DNA of 61,047 nucleotides, filler included, from Jimgerdemannia flammicorona (GCA_003990765.1; 2 parts of 2 records of this genome joined end to end with filler, not necessarily neighbours in it), one strand, 5' to 3'. Shown: positions 1 through 13,890, numbered from the whole stretch's first letter. Numbers and translations are program-made. The notes: a model not told the origin generated them from the sequence alone.

Positions 1-300
1 GTTTAGACATTGTCCAAATGTTTCGACAAAGTCCAAATGACTCATTTATTACTTAGCCACCCTCTCATAGCTAGCAAACTTGTATAAATAACCCAGTATC
101 TTTGAGTGAATAAACCTCAGATCGAAATAGTTCAAAAGCAAAGAGATAGCAAAGGAACTAGTAAGCCTGTGGGCAGATACACTTCGAACTCACCCACCCT
201 CCCCTGCCACTTCAAGAGACTCTGCGAGAGTCAGAACAGTCAAGTTTTCAAGATACAGAAATCCGACATACTTTCAAGAGTAAGTGTCTGCTACGTTACA
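1..300 (+). mobile_element. 3' part of an LTR of Ty3 family B (truncated by window start)
   Basis: Near-identical to the reverse complement of LTRs 37446-37912 and 43689-44155; ends ...CTACGTTACA at 300, followed by ATAT. Confidence 0.9.
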
Positions 301-2129
301 ATATATAGTTTTATTACAATTTGGTAGTAGTAGAAGCTACTTCTACTTATAAGTAAACTTCTCTCAAAGAACCTACTACAAATATAGACAACTCAGTCAA
401 TATTACTAAAATTATTAGTGATAGCTAAAGAATACCTTCACTCTGACTACTCTCTAAAACTAAGTCAAAGAAGTCAATAGAATTATCATTAAATAGACTG
501 AGACCTATACTAGCCAAGAGAAATTTGACAAACTCAATAATAAAACCATTTAAGAAGTATTCAACACATTCATCATACTCAATAAAGAAGTTGCCCACAC
601 TTAAGAAATTTGAAAAATTAATTAGTAGTCACTTTTATGAGAAATATATAAGAGAATTCTTTAAAACTATAAGTAAATATTTCCTAAATCTTCTCTCTAA
701 TAATTATTACTATAAAGTCAAGATCTTTCTGAACTATAAGAAATATATATTATACTAACTAAAGGAAATCTCACCTTTATCACTGAGTCCTCTATATATA
801 AGCAAAGATAATCCAATAGTGAGAATTACAAACTGCTAAACTCAGTGAAGCCTCTATTATATTATTCTGATTTAGAAAAATATTTGGAAAAAACCTAAAC
901 CCAATACCAGTGACCTCAGTACTACTATAGACCTACTACTAAGAATATTAAGTCTACTAAAAATCACTACAGAAGATCAAATAATAACTTTATCAAAACT
1001 ATAAGCTTATAGACTAGTCACCAAGCTCACCCACTTTAGTAATATTATAGAAAAAATAACTATACATTATACTACCTCTAAGATAACAGTATCTGAAAGA
1101 AGACTACTACTATCTTACTATATAAGTGATGAGAATAGTAAAATGACATTGGTAGATAACTCTACCTTAGTATCAAAACAAACAAACTTACAGAAGACCT
1201 TTAACTCATACTATTCAAAAAAAAAGTAGACTAAGTAATAATATTGATTGGACAAGTTGATACCAATTATTATATCAATAGATGGAATGATAATCAGAAC
1301 TCAGATAGTACTCTCAATAATAATAAGTACCAAGAAATTGAAGATCTCTATATAACTGCAGGCTTATAAGTAGAAAATGTTATCACTTATTTTACAGATA
1401 TAGCTATCCAGTAGTGATATAATCTTCTAGTATACTCTCTTATCTGAGAAATCTTTGTCAAAATTGATATAAGTGAAGAAGATGATAATTGTCCTAACTA
1501 TGAAGTCTACCCAGCTACTATGGGTCTAAAAGAGCTGATTATTTAATAGTTCTGCAGCTTTGTTTATATTGCTAAAGCCAGAACTAAGCTTAAGAACCTC
1601 TGATTATATAATGATGAAAAAGAAGACTTAGAAGCATTTATAATAAGATTAGAAACTCTTCTAAATATTATAAGAATAGAATATAGCTAATGAGAATAAA
1701 CTGTAAATGAAACTAGAGTAGTATACATCTTTAATACTATTTCTGGATAATTATCAGAAAAAATCCAAGAGCAAGAATGACTATATAATTATCCATATGA
1801 GTAATAGTTCTTATGACAAGCTATTATCAGAATATATACTATCTTAGCAGCTCAAAAACTAAGAGACAATAGAAACAACAATAAAATAGACAAGTGATAT
1901 CAATTTGAGAAGAAATATAAATCTTGAAATGACTCTCCAAAATTACAAAAAATATTCAAGAAATTGTCTGATAAGGAAATAAAAGAACTTATAAAGAAAG
2001 AAGCATATTTCTACTATAAAAATAGAAAATATATATCTTACAAATACTCTGATAAGAAGACCAATATAAGTAAAAAACTATTCTTCTCATATATTATCAC
2101 TATAATAGGAGATAACTCCAAAGGAATCT

Positions 2130-2560
2130 CTGAAAAAATTAAGATTATATAAGAGATTCTACATTATTACAAAAATTTCAGACCAAGTATATGAAGCTAA
2201 TGCTGGCTATAACCTCTACTCTAGTATAGAAATAACCATTAAACCAGACAAGTAAGTAATTATTAGTATAGATGTTAGAATGAAAGTTCTCAAAGAAATC
2301 TATATCTGTCTAATAGAAAGAAATGGCCTAGTCAAGGAAAAAAGACTCCATATAACTAGAGGAGTTAAAGATCAAGGATTCAGATGTAAAATTAAGGTCC
2401 TACTATATAATACTAGATAGGAGATAGTCAAAATCATATATAGAAAATAAATTGCCCAAGCCATTGTTAAGGTAATATAAAATAATTTTAAAGTTAAAGA
2501 AACCAATGAACTCTCACTCTATGATAGAGAAGAAATAGCTTTAATATTAACAGAAAAACA
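2130..2560 (+). pseudogene. dUTPase remnant of Ty3 family A, upstream of protease
   Basis: YEANAGYNLYS (motif 1 AGYDL), ERNGL (RSGL), KDQGF..KIKVLL (motif 3), IAQAI (motif 4); many stops. Confidence 0.75.
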
Positions 2561-2859
2561 CCCTGATAAGGCCAAGGAAAAAACCAAGATACAGAAGATT
2601 GTTTATATTAAAGACCTCAAGACTGAGATCAGAAATAGTATTAGCATATTGTCAATAGATATATCTCTACAGAGTGATATCCTCATAGAGTTAAGATATA
2701 CTATTTTGAATATATAAGAGAATATATTATATGTATCCTCAATTCAAGAAGTATGTATAAGCCCACCATCTTAGAACAATAAGATGAAGAAATCAAGAAT
2801 ATTAATAATGAAGATAAAGATATACAAAATTGGGAAGAAGAAGTATCTCTAGAAACAAT

Positions 2860-3250
2860 TGCTGTCTGATAAGACAACTCTGAATATATGTATCTATAAG
2901 AGAAAATCAAAGAAATCTCTATTGAAATTCTTATCAATAGTAGTATAATAAGTACTATCTTAATAAAGAGGCTGTCAATAAGTTCAGACTCAAGATGTAA
3001 AGAAACTCAGAAGGAAATATTACTATATTTAGAAATAGAATAACTTAGAAACTCTCTAAAATCTATAAAAATATACTTCTATAACTAGGAGACTATACTA
3101 TAAAGCAGATATTCTATATCATATATCTTCTAAGACATAATCTTATTCTTAGAAAATTCTGACTCACTTAAGAAAAGCTATATATTAACTAATAAACCAA
3201 CATAATCTCTCTAGAATACATAAAGTTATAGCTAGAACAGATTATAAAAA
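2860..3250 (+). pseudogene. Retropepsin protease remnant, family A
   Basis: EILINSS at ~2924 (decayed EILIDSG); position between dUTPase and RT. Confidence 0.55.
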
Positions 3251-3341
3251 AAGCAAAACTTAAGTACAATATCATCTCTACTATTTAAATAAAGAAGTTA
3301 ATCTGAAAATCAGAGCAGCATATCTATATATATATTATTAA

Positions 3342-6300
3342 TAGGGATCCCAGATAGCCGGCCATGGTCAGGCCATAGCTAAGCCACAGTCAGCTATGGC
3401 TGGCCACTGGCTGGCTATATAGCTGAGCTTAATTTTCAAGTTATAGTAGAGCTTTACAAATCTATAAAATAGGCATTTCATATAAACATCAATAAATTTA
3501 CAAATATATTTCCAAATCTATTTATCATTTTTGTGCTAAATTCCCATACTAAAGGTGAATTCAATAAGCTATAGTACATCCAATTTAGATGCATATTCAT
3601 AGAGTTATTAATATTTTTATAAATACTACTCAAATAGTTAGCTGAAAATTTAAGGCCAAGCCAGGGTGGCTCGGCCTTAAATTTATGGATTGGCTAGCTG
3701 GTTAGGCTAAATTTGTAAATTTAAGGCTGAGCTATCCTAGCCAGCTGGCCAGCCATCTGGGATTACTTTAGAAATTATACAGAGATTTTAAATGTCAACT
3801 GTATAATGAAAACACATAATATTTCAATTATCTTTATTGTTCTGAATTCATCTGATAATTGTGAATCTGAAATACTTAAATATGTTGAATTTTGCTGTAT
3901 TTTCATTAAGCTATTGAATGGTAAAGGGGCAAATTCTACTCTATCTGAGGCACACAGTTCTAGGCTCATGAGTAGTCTTTTTGATTAATTTGGCTTTATG
4001 AAAGTACTTAATTTAAGGCTGAAATTGTAACAAGTTATATTATATATATACTTAGGGATCCCAGATAGCTGGCCAGGTAGCCGAGCTTAATTTTCAGATT
4101 ATAGTAGAGCTCTGCAAATCTGCGAAATAGGCATTTCACATAAACATTAATATATTTGTAAATATATTTCCAAATCTATTTATCTTTATTGTGCTAGATT
4201 TCCATACTAAAGCTGAATCCAATAAGCTATAATATATCTAATTCGGATATATATTTATAGAGTTATTAATATTTTTGTAGTTGAGTCTATTGATGGGTTT
4301 AATTATAAGATTCATAATTGTCACTTGACCAGTTGGTTGAAAATTTAAGACCAAGCCAAGGTGGCTCAGCCTTAAATTTATAGATTGGCTAGCTGGCTAG
4401 GCTAAATTTAAGGCCAAGCCACTTGGTTAGTTGGCTATAAATTTAAGGCCAAGCCACTTGGCCAGTTGGCTATAAATTTAAGGCTGAGCCACTTGGCCAG
4501 TTAGCTGTAAATTTAAGGACAAGCTACTCTAGCCAGCTGGCCAGCCATCTGGGATCAATTTAGAAATTATGCAGGGACTTTAAATATCAACTGGGTAATA
4601 AAAATACATAATATTTCAATTATCTTTGTTGTACTGGATTTGCCTGACAATTGTAAATATAAAATGCAAAAATATATCAAATTTGGCTGTGTTTTTATCA
4701 AGCTATTGAATTGTAAAGGGGTATATAATTTCTACTCTATCTGATGTGCATTATTTTGGCCTCTTACCCAGCCTCAATTTAAGGCCACTAATCACTCAAC
4801 TGGCCAAGTAGCTCAGCCTTAAATTTAAGGCCAAGTCACTTGGTCAGTTGGCTGTAAATTTAAGGCTGAGCCACCCTAGCCAGCTGGCCAGCCATCTGAG
4901 ATCAATTTAGAAATTATACAGGGACTTTAAATGTCAATTGCATAAAAAAAATACATAATATTTCAATTATCTTTGTTATGCTGGATTCACCTGACAATTG
5001 TAAATATAAAATGCTAAAATATGTCAAATTTTGCTGTGTTTTCATCAAGCTATTGAATTATAAAGAGACATATAATTTCTATTCTATCTGAGCCAAGCTA
5101 TGAACACTACCAAAATATATAGGGAAGATGCCAGCAGTGCACAGTACTTATACTCAACCTTTTGATTATAACTTTATATTATACTTAATATAAAAAAAAA
5201 AAATCATAACTTGATATAAAATATCATTGAGTTTAATCAAATAGTGAGTTTTTTTTTATTATTGTTTATAATATCAATTATCGCAATAATATTTGGCTTT
5301 AAAATTAAGCCAAGCCACTCAAGTTCTATGCCCCACTGATCTCCTCCGTGAGGCAGAACTGTTGATAGAGGCAGAACTGTCGATGGAGACAGAACTGTCA
5401 ATAGAGGCAGAACTGTTGATGGAGGCAGAACCATTGATGGAGGCAGAATCATCGATGATGGGAGTCAATGGAGGCAGAACTATTGATGGAAGCAAAAATC
5501 GTCAATGATGGAGTCAATGGAGGCAGAACCATTGATGATGGAGGCAGAACAGTTGATGGAGGCTATGGGGGTAGAACAGTTGATGGAGGCTATGGGGGCA
5601 GAACTGTCAATGGAGTCGATGGAGGCAGACCCGTCAACAATGGAGTCGATGGAGGCAGAACCATTGATGGAGGCAGAACTATTGATGGAGGCAGAACTGT
5701 TAATGGAGGTAGAACTGCCAATGAAGGCAGAACCGTCGACAATAGATGATGAAGTCAATGGAGGCAGAACTGTTGACAATGGACAATAGAGTCAATGGAG
5801 GCAGAACTGTTGACGATGAAGGCAGAACAGTCGATGGAGGCTATGGGGGCAGAACAGTCAATGGAGACTATGGGGGGCAGAACAGTTGATGGAGGCAGAA
5901 CCATTGATGGAGGCAGAACCATCGATAGAGGCAGAACTATTGATAATAGACAATGAAGTGGATGGAGGCAGAACTGTCGATGATGGACGATGGAGTCAAT
6001 GGAGGCAGAACCATTGATGATGGAGGCAGAACAGTCAATGGAGGCTATGGGGGCAGAACAGTTGATGGAGGCTATGGGGGCAGAACTGTCGATGAAGTCA
6101 ATGGAGGCAGACCTGTCGATGATGGAGTCGATGGAAGCAGACCTGTCGACGATGGAGTCGATGGAGGCAGAACTGTCAATGGAGGCAGAACTGTCAATGG
6201 AGGCAGAACTGTCAATGGAGGCAGAACCATCGATGGAGGCAGAACTGTCAATGGAGGCAGAACTATTGATGATAGACAATGAAGTCGATGGAGGCAGAAC

Positions 6301-8640
6301 TGTTGACAATGGACGATGGAGTCAATGGAGGCAGAACCATTGACAATGGAGACAGAACAGTCAATGGAGGCTATGGGGGCAGAACAGTCGATGGAGGCTA
6401 TGGGGGCAGAACTGTCAATAGAGTTGATGGAGGCAGACCTGTCGATGATGGAGTCGATGGAGGCAGACCCATTAATGATGGAGTCGATGGAGGCAGAACC
6501 ATCGATGGAGGCAGAACTATTGACGATGGATGATGGAGTCAATGGAGGCAGAACTGTTGATAATGGAGGCAGAACAGTTGATGGAGGCTATGGGAGCAGA
6601 ATAGTCAATGGAGGCTATGGGGGCAGAACAGTCGATGGAGGCTATGAGGGCAGAACCATCGATGGAGTCGATGGAGGTAGACTCATTGACAATGGAGTAG
6701 ATGGAGGCAGAACTATCAATGGAGGCAGAACTGTCAATAGAGGCAGACCTGTCGATGATGGAGTCGATGGAGGCAAAACCATCAATAGAGACAGAACTGT
6801 CAATGGAGGCAGAACCATCAATGGAGGCAGAACTATCAATGGAGGCAGAACCATCAATGGAGGCAGAGCCATTGATGGAGGCAGAACTGTCGATAGAGGC
6901 AGAACCATTGATGGAGGCAGAACTATTAATGATGGACAATAGAGTCAATGGAAGCAGAACTGCTAACAATGGAGGCAGAACAGTCAATGGAGGCAGAGCT
7001 ATCGATGGAGGCAGAACTGCCGATGGAGGCAGAACCATCAATGGAGGCAGAACTGTCAATAGACAGAACTATTGATGATGGAGGCAGAACCATTGATGAT
7101 GGAGTTGATGGAGGCAGAACCATCAATGAAGTCAATGGAGGCAGAACCATCAATAAAGTTGATGGAGGCAGAACTATTGATGGAGGCAGAACTGTCGATG
7201 GAGTCAATGGAGGCAGAACTGTTGACAATAGAGGCAGAACAGTCGATGGAGGCTATGAGAGCAGAACTGTCGATAGAGTCGAACTATCAATGGAGGCAGA
7301 ACCATTGATGGAGGCAGAACCGTCGATGATGGATGATGGAGTCAATGGAGGTAGAACAGTCAATGGAGGCAGAACCATCGATGGAGGCAGAACCATCGAT
7401 GATGGAAGCAGAACTGTTGATGATGGAGTCGATGGAGGCAGAACCGTCGATGGAAGCAGAGCTGTCAATAGAGGCAGAACCATTGATGGAGGTAGAACCA
7501 TCAATGGAGATAGAACTATCAATTGACAGAACCATCAATGATGAAGGCAGAACCATCAATGATGGAAGCAGAACTGTCGATGATGGAGTTGATGGAGGCA
7601 GAACCATTGATGGAGGCAGAACTATTGACGATAGACGATAGAGTCAATGAAGGCAGAACTGTTGACGATGGAGGCAGAATAGTTGATGGAGGCAGAACAG
7701 TTGATGGAGGCTATGGGGGCAGAACTGTTGATAGAGTTGATGGAGACAGAACCATCAATGGAGGCAGAACCATCGATAGAGGCAGAACTATCGATGGAGT
7801 CAATGGAGGCAGAACTATTGATAATGGAGGCAGAACAGTTGATGGAGGCTATAGGGGCAGAACTGTCAATGGAGTTGAACCATTAATAGAGGTAGAACTG
7901 TTGATGGAGGCAGAACCGTCGATGATGGAGTCAATGGAGGCAGAACCGCTGACAATGGAGGCAGAACAGTCAATGGAGGCAGAACCATTGATGGAGGCAG
8001 AGCTGTCGATGGAGGCAGAACTGTCGATGGAGGTAGAACCATCAATGGAGACAGAACTGTCAATGGACAGAACCATCGATGATGGAGGCAGAACCCTTGA
8101 CGATGGAGTTGATGGAGGCAGAACTGTCAATAGAGGCAGAACTATCAATAATGGATGATAGAGTCAATGGAGGCCAAACCATTGATGATGGATGCAGAAC
8201 AGTCGATAGAGGCTATGGGGGCAGAACTGTCGATAGAGTTGATGGAGGCAGAACCATCAATGGAGGCAGAACCATTGATGGAGTCAATGGAGGTGGAACT
8301 GTTAATGATGGAGGCAGAATAGTCAATGAAGGCAGAACCGTCGACAATGGATGATAGAGTCAATGGAAGCAGAACCGCTGATGATGGAGGCAGAACAGTT
8401 GATGGAGGCTATGGGGGCAGAACTGTCAATGGAGTCAATGGAGGCAGAACTGTCGATGGAGGCAGAACCATCGATAGAGGCAGAGCCATTGATGGAGGCA
8501 GAACCATCGATAGAGGCAGAGCCATTGATGGAGGCAGAACCATCGACGATGGACGATGGAGTCAATAGAGGCAGAACCATTGATAATAGATATATAAACA
8601 AATCACCATAAGGCACCTTTTGAAAAATTTCGCCCCATAT
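3342..8640 (+). repeat. Left long inverted arm (~5.3 kb)
   Basis: Mirrors 15875-20888 block by block from the TIR to ...CACCATAAGGCACCTTTTGAAAAATTTCGCC. Confidence 0.92.
5349..8590 (+). repeat. Minisatellite array, 18-bp core GATGGAGGCAGAACYRTY with 9-bp and 27-bp variants
   Basis: Directly visible tandem array; source of the MEAEL/DGGRTV ORF calls. Confidence 0.95.
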
Positions 8641-8849
8641 ACCAATGCCTTACCCATGTAGGTCTCACGTTGTCAGGCCTCACATTGTCAGGCCTCCCAG
8701 GCCCCTCGAATTGCAAACCTTTGACATCCTACCCACTATTCATAGTTGTTTGACTGGTACACCTCAAGGCATATATCTCAACTTAAAATCCCATTTAGTT
8801 AATAGTTACAAAAAATCAGTTGCTAATGTATAACTACAAAAAATGTTAC

Positions 8850-8856
<7 letters not shown>

Positions 8857-8921
<65 letters not shown>
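8857..8921 (+). repeat. Poly(A) tract (~65 nt)
   Basis: Homopolymer run. Confidence 0.9.
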
Positions 8922-8923
<2 letters not shown>

Positions 8924-9127
8924 TTACAGGACAATCTCCTCTCCCTTGTTAAATTGATCCTCTATCTCATATATCTCCTCACCAAGTTGCTCCTTCTCCT
9001 CCTTGCCAAGCTGCTCCTTCTTCTCCTCATCAAACCAATCTTCTTCCTTCTTACCAATTCTCAGAGATGATGTAGGAGGTGTTAGATTAATGACAAATTT
9101 GTCTTTTCTTTTGGTATTTAAAACTCT

Positions 9128-9730
9128 TTAAACTTGACTAGCATTAAGACTAGTGATTTTCTGATGCCCACAAATTCTCAAAATATCATAGACTGAATGA
9201 GCCTTGCTTATCTTCTTTTGTATAGTATGGTGGGAGATTCCTGATGATGAGATCAGCACTTCCTCACATTTGTTGTTAGTTGAAATCTGGTTGCTATCTC
9301 CTCCTAAATCCTCCCTTTTAAGCCGACAACCAAAATCATACAATACTTCAAGTAAACATTTTCCACACTTCCTCTTATAAGTATTAAAAAGATCAATATA
9401 ATTATCCTCTGGTGTCTTCTCCTGAGATATTGAGGATTTGTTTACTTTAGCAGCCTGATGTAGGAAATCACCCAAAGACTCCAGTTCTGCTTTCAGTACC
9501 TCTTGTTTGGCTTTCAGTGCCTCTTGTCTGGCTTCAGAATCCTTAGAAAGACAGATGATATTTTTTTGTTTCTTGCTACAGATAGTAACTAGTTCTTGAA
9601 CTTCTGTAGAAGAAATAAGAAATTCTATCTTTAGAGGGAAGTTACTAGCATATTCTTGAATAGTGAGAAAAGCATCTATTACTTTCTTTGAGAGAGATAT
9701 ATTGGAGGATACCACATATGTTGACATCAC
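9128..9730 (-). CDS. Cargo ORF of the hAT, unknown protein (200 aa; probably extended ancestrally to 8924 with an acidic tail)
   Basis: Non-repetitive 200-codon ORF; reading past the TAA gives ...KKEEDWFDEEKKEQ... then, after a frameshift, ...GEEIYEIEDQFNKGEEIVL*; motif similarity to Ty3 ORF3s. Confidence 0.65.
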   Translation of the reverse strand: MMSTYVVSSNISLSKKVIDAFLTIQEYASNFPLKIEFLISSTEVQELVTICSKKQKNIICLSKDSEARQEALKAKQEVLKAELESLGDFLHQAAKVNKSSISQEKTPEDNYIDLFNTYKRKCGKCLLEVLYDFGCRLKREDLGGDSNQISTNNKCEEVLISSSGISHHTIQKKISKAHSVYDILRICGHQKITSLNASQV

Positions 9731-9924
9731 ATGATATCTGGTCTGCTCATAAACCTTAATTTCTCATTTTCAAAAAATTCCCACTTATTTTTCCCAGTTA
9801 CCTTTCTGAGCTAGATTACTTTGTCACATGGATGATGTCAGGTGAATGTTGGAATATTCCAGACAGTATGACATCATCTATACAACTGTAATAGTAGAAA
9901 TCACTAATGAATCATTAGTGATTG

Positions 9925-11620
9925 TGCACCTCAGATAGAGTAGAAATTATATGCTCCTTTACAATTCAATAGCTCAATAAAAACATAACTAAATTTAATA
10001 TATTTTAGCATTTCAAATTCACAATTGTTAGGTGAATCTGGCACAATAAAGATAATTAAAATATTATGTATTTTCATTGCACAGTTGTCATTTAAAGTCT
10101 CTGTATAATTTCTAAATTGATCCTAGATGGCTGGCCAGCTGGCTAGAGTAGCTTGGCCTTAAATTTACAGCCAACTGGCCAAGTGGCTTGGCCTTAAATT
10201 TACAGCCAACTGGCCAAGTGGTTTGGCCTTAAATTTACAGCCAACTGGCTAAGTGGCTCGGCCTTAAATTTACAGCCAACTGGCCAAGTGATTTGGCCTT
10301 AAATTTACAGCCAACTGGCCAAGTGGCTCAGCCTTAAATTTACAGCCAACTGGCCTAGTGACTGAGCCATCCTGGCTTGGCTTTAAATTTTCAGCCAACT
10401 AAAATATTTTTAGTAATTGTGTGCCTCAGATAGAGTAGAAATTATATGCCCCTTTACAATTTAATAGCTTGATGAAAATACAGCCAAATTTGATATATTT
10501 AAGCATTTCAGATTCACAATTGTCAGATGAATCCAGCACAATAAAGATATTTGAAATATTATATGTTTTTATTGTACAGTTGACATTTAAAGTCTCTGCA
10601 TAATTTCTAAATTAATCCTAGATGGCTGGCCAGCTGGCTAAGGTGGCTCAGCCTTAAATTTACAGCTAACTAGCTAAGTCATTTGGCCTTAAATTTACAG
10701 CCAAGTGGCTTGGCCTTAAATTTACAACCAACTGGCCAAGTTGCTTGGTCTTAAATTTAGCCTGACCAGCTAGTCAATTTATAAATTTAAGGCTGAGCCA
10801 CCCTGGCTTGGTCTTAAATTTTCAGCCAACTGGTTAAGTAATATTTATGAATCTTTTATATATAGTACACTGTACTTATATTCAACTTTTTGCTACTCCT
10901 TTTTAATATATTTAATAAATAAAATAAAAACCATAAATTGATATAAAATAATAAAAATAGTTTCACAATTTTGGCCTTAAATTAAGCACTTTTACAAACA
11001 AAAAGGCTACTCATGAGCATAGGAGTTACTTTTATAAAGCCAATGAATTATTAGTAATTGTATATCTCAGATAAAGTAGAAATTATATACCCCTTTATAA
11101 TTTAATAGCTCAATGAAAACATAATCAAATTCAATATATTTTAGTATTTTGGATTTACAATTCTCAGGTGAATCTGGCACAATAATAATAATTGAAATAT
11201 TATATATTTTCATTGTGCAGTTGATATTTAAAGTCTCTGTATAATTTCTAAATTGATCCCAGATGGCCAGCTGGCTAGGGTAGCTTAGCCTTAAATTTAC
11301 AGCCAACTGGTCAAGTAGCTTGGCCTTAAATTTACAGCCAACTGGTCAAGTGACTCAGCCTTAAATTTAGCCTGACCAGCTAGCTAATTTTCAATCAGTA
11401 TTTACGAACCTTTTAGAAATCAAAACAGCCAAATAAGGTCTGGCCACTTGGCCAACTAGCCAATCCATAAATTTAAGGCTGAGTCTTAAATTAGTAACTA
11501 CTTCACTTTATAGAAGTATTTCTTCACAGCTATAGTGGCTAGGCCTTATAATTATTTAATTGAAAATTCTTTTATAACTAAGTGGCTGGGCTTCACAGCC
11601 ATAGTAGCTAAGCCTTAAAT
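9925..11620 (+). repeat. Three tandem internal copies of the hAT end module with 35-bp repeats (GGCCTTAAATTTACAGCCAACTGGCCAAGTGGCTT)
   Basis: Same module as in the arms, with TIR-like GATCCYAGATGGC at ~10119, ~10615, ~11255; putative transposase-binding subterminal repeats (inference). Confidence 0.85.
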
Positions 11621-12022
11621 TAGTATACTCTATCATTATTTGTATATATATATATATATACTAACAAAAAATTCACTATAAATACTCTGCTCTCTAAAGT
11701 AAAATAAATCTTAGTTCCTAACCACAATTCTCAATAATCTTACAAATACACTTCAACTGAGCTGATCTGCTTAATATAACACTCTCACAAGTCACCCACC
11801 TACAAGAAGCTACTTTTCACTCAAAATCTGCTTCTACAATTATAAGATAATCAACCCATTGATTTATCTCATAGTGCTTCTAAACAATTTACAGTTCAAA
11901 TAAAAGCAATAAGTAATATAAGACCACCGAACTTAGCAGTTCACTGGCAGTTCAATAAGACTTTAATAGAACTTAATAACTTTAGAAATATCTTTTAATA
12001 AATCAATTGCTTGATCTCAAAA

Positions 12023-13869
12023 ATGGAGTCTAATATTGAAGAAACTATTTCTGCTTTAGCTATATTTAGTCAAAAAGATACTTCAAGCTCTTTTGCTTTA
12101 GTTTCTTCTAAACAAAAGTCAAAGTTTTGGGATTATTTTACCCTTAACAATGACAAAAAATATAGCTGTAATTACTGTTCTACAGTATTCAGCTCTGGTT
12201 CAAATCTTAGTACACTGAAGCACCATCTTACTTATAAACATTCTGATAAGATAGAGGCAGTATCTTCTGCTAATAGCTCTGTAGTATTACAATCATTTGA
12301 TGCTCAAGATACTACCAAGAAATTCATCAAATGGATTGTTTGTGATTTGCAACCCTTTACAACAGCTGAGAGACCTGAGTTTCTTGACTTTGTAAAGAGT
12401 TTTAACCAGCCATATGCACTGCCCTCTGCAGATCATACCAAAACTCTTATTATGTATCAATTTGTGACAAATAAAATAGCTATTAGTGAAATACTTCAGA
12501 ATATTTCTGGATTATTATCTTTAACAGCTGATATTTGATCATCTTGTATACAAGACAGTTATCTTGGTATAACAGTATATTTTATTGATGCTAATTGGAA
12601 AATGCAACATCTTACTTTAGATATTTTACCATTTGGCAATTCTCATTCTGGTGATGCAATTAAAGAAGCCATAGAGAGTATTTTGGATGATTTTGGAATT
12701 ACAACAAAGCTTCTTGCTTTGGTTACAGATAATGCAACCAATATGACAAAGCTTTTGGACTTTTAAAGAATGAAATAGAGAGAAAGTATAAGCACCAGAT
12801 ATATCATATTAGATGTTCTGGTCATATACTTCATTTAGTTGTTCAAGAAGGCTATAAGATTAATAGCAATTTTCCTGATCAACCTCTCAATAAACTTCAC
12901 CAATGTATTTTTACAATACATAGAAGTCCAAAGCTTATACAAGAACTTCAGAAGCTTTGTGAATATTTAGAAGAAAAGTTTTATAAACTAGCTATTGATA
13001 TAATCACATGCTGGACTTCTATCTATCATATGGTAGATATTGCACTTGGGCAGTGCAAAGCTCTTGATATGCTTATTGCTAATGCTGAGCATGGATCTAT
13101 TTTGAAAGAGAATTCTTTAACAGATAAAGATTGGGAAGAGATCAGTAGAGATTACAATCAATTGAAGATGTTTTTTAAAGCTTCTGAAATTCTGATTGCT
13201 GAAAATTATCCTACTCTCAATCTTGTACATAGTATATATGTATGTCTTATCAATAAGTTAAATACTCAATCAACAGATCAGAGTAAAAATATGGCTGAGA
13301 AACTTCACAATTACTGGATGAAACTTCCTATTGAATCCAGTTTAGCTACTATTCTTGATCCTCATATAAAGATTAATTCTAATCTTTATTAGAAAAATAT
13401 CAGAAAAACTGATATTGTTAAGAATCAGAAAGCATATTTCAATCTTCTTAAAAAACATGCAAAAATCTACACTGAGTCTATTCCTAGACAAGTTGAAATA
13501 CTACTTTCTAAGAAGACTACATTTGAAGAATTCTTAGATCTAACAGAAGAAGATCTCAAGTCTACTTCTGAATTAGTTGATGCTATCAATATAGATCAAG
13601 AGATAAAACTCTACTTTGATATACCAATTGCTGATCAAAGAGTAAAGCCATTAGACTGGTGGAAAAGTCATGAAAAAGAGTTTCCAACTCTAGCAGCTAT
13701 GGCAAGAGATTGGTTAGCAATTACAGCATTAAGTGTTCCTTATGAATCACTTTTTTCAATTGCAGGAAATACTATTACTGCAAATCGAAATAGACTATAT
13801 CCAGAAACTGCAAGAGCACTTTTATGTTTAAAATTATAGTGGAACTTTGATAAAAATTTGAATAATTAA
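12023..13869 (+). pseudogene. hAT transposase (BED zinc finger, DDE core, hAT dimerisation domain), disrupted
   Basis: FWDYF..CNYC..LKHHLTYKH; SLTADI*SS; VTDNATNM; IRCSGHILHLVVQ; YPTL; PLDWWK..EFPTLAAMARDWLAI..SVPYESLFSIAG..RNRL; stops and a frameshift. Confidence 0.95.
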
Positions 13870-13890
13870 ATAAATTGGCTTTTGTACTTA

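Larger units (their letters stand above)
301..3341 (+). mobile_element. Highly degenerate Ty3/gypsy family A, 5' part (LTR end, PBS, gag, dUTPase, protease), interrupted at 3341 by the hAT
   Basis: ...TTACA (318) then TTTGGTAG PBS-like site; decayed zinc knuckle ~2000-2050; dUTPase and protease remnants; pol resumes after 20896. Confidence 0.75.

Noticed and set aside
106..327. 73-aa ORF (and 37359-37577)
   Set aside because: Lies in the B LTR and runs into unrelated flank; not conserved as an ORF
5237..8616. Dozens of MEAEL/DGGRTV/VLPPS/SSASID ORFs (also 15904-19259)
   Set aside because: By-products of a stop-poor 18-bp satellite; open in several frames on both strands with frequent frame switches
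8843..9070. Poly-Lys ORF, or a poly(A) tail of the cargo ORF
   Set aside because: Homopolymer artefact; the A run is on the opposite strand to the cargo ORF, so it is not its retroposed tail
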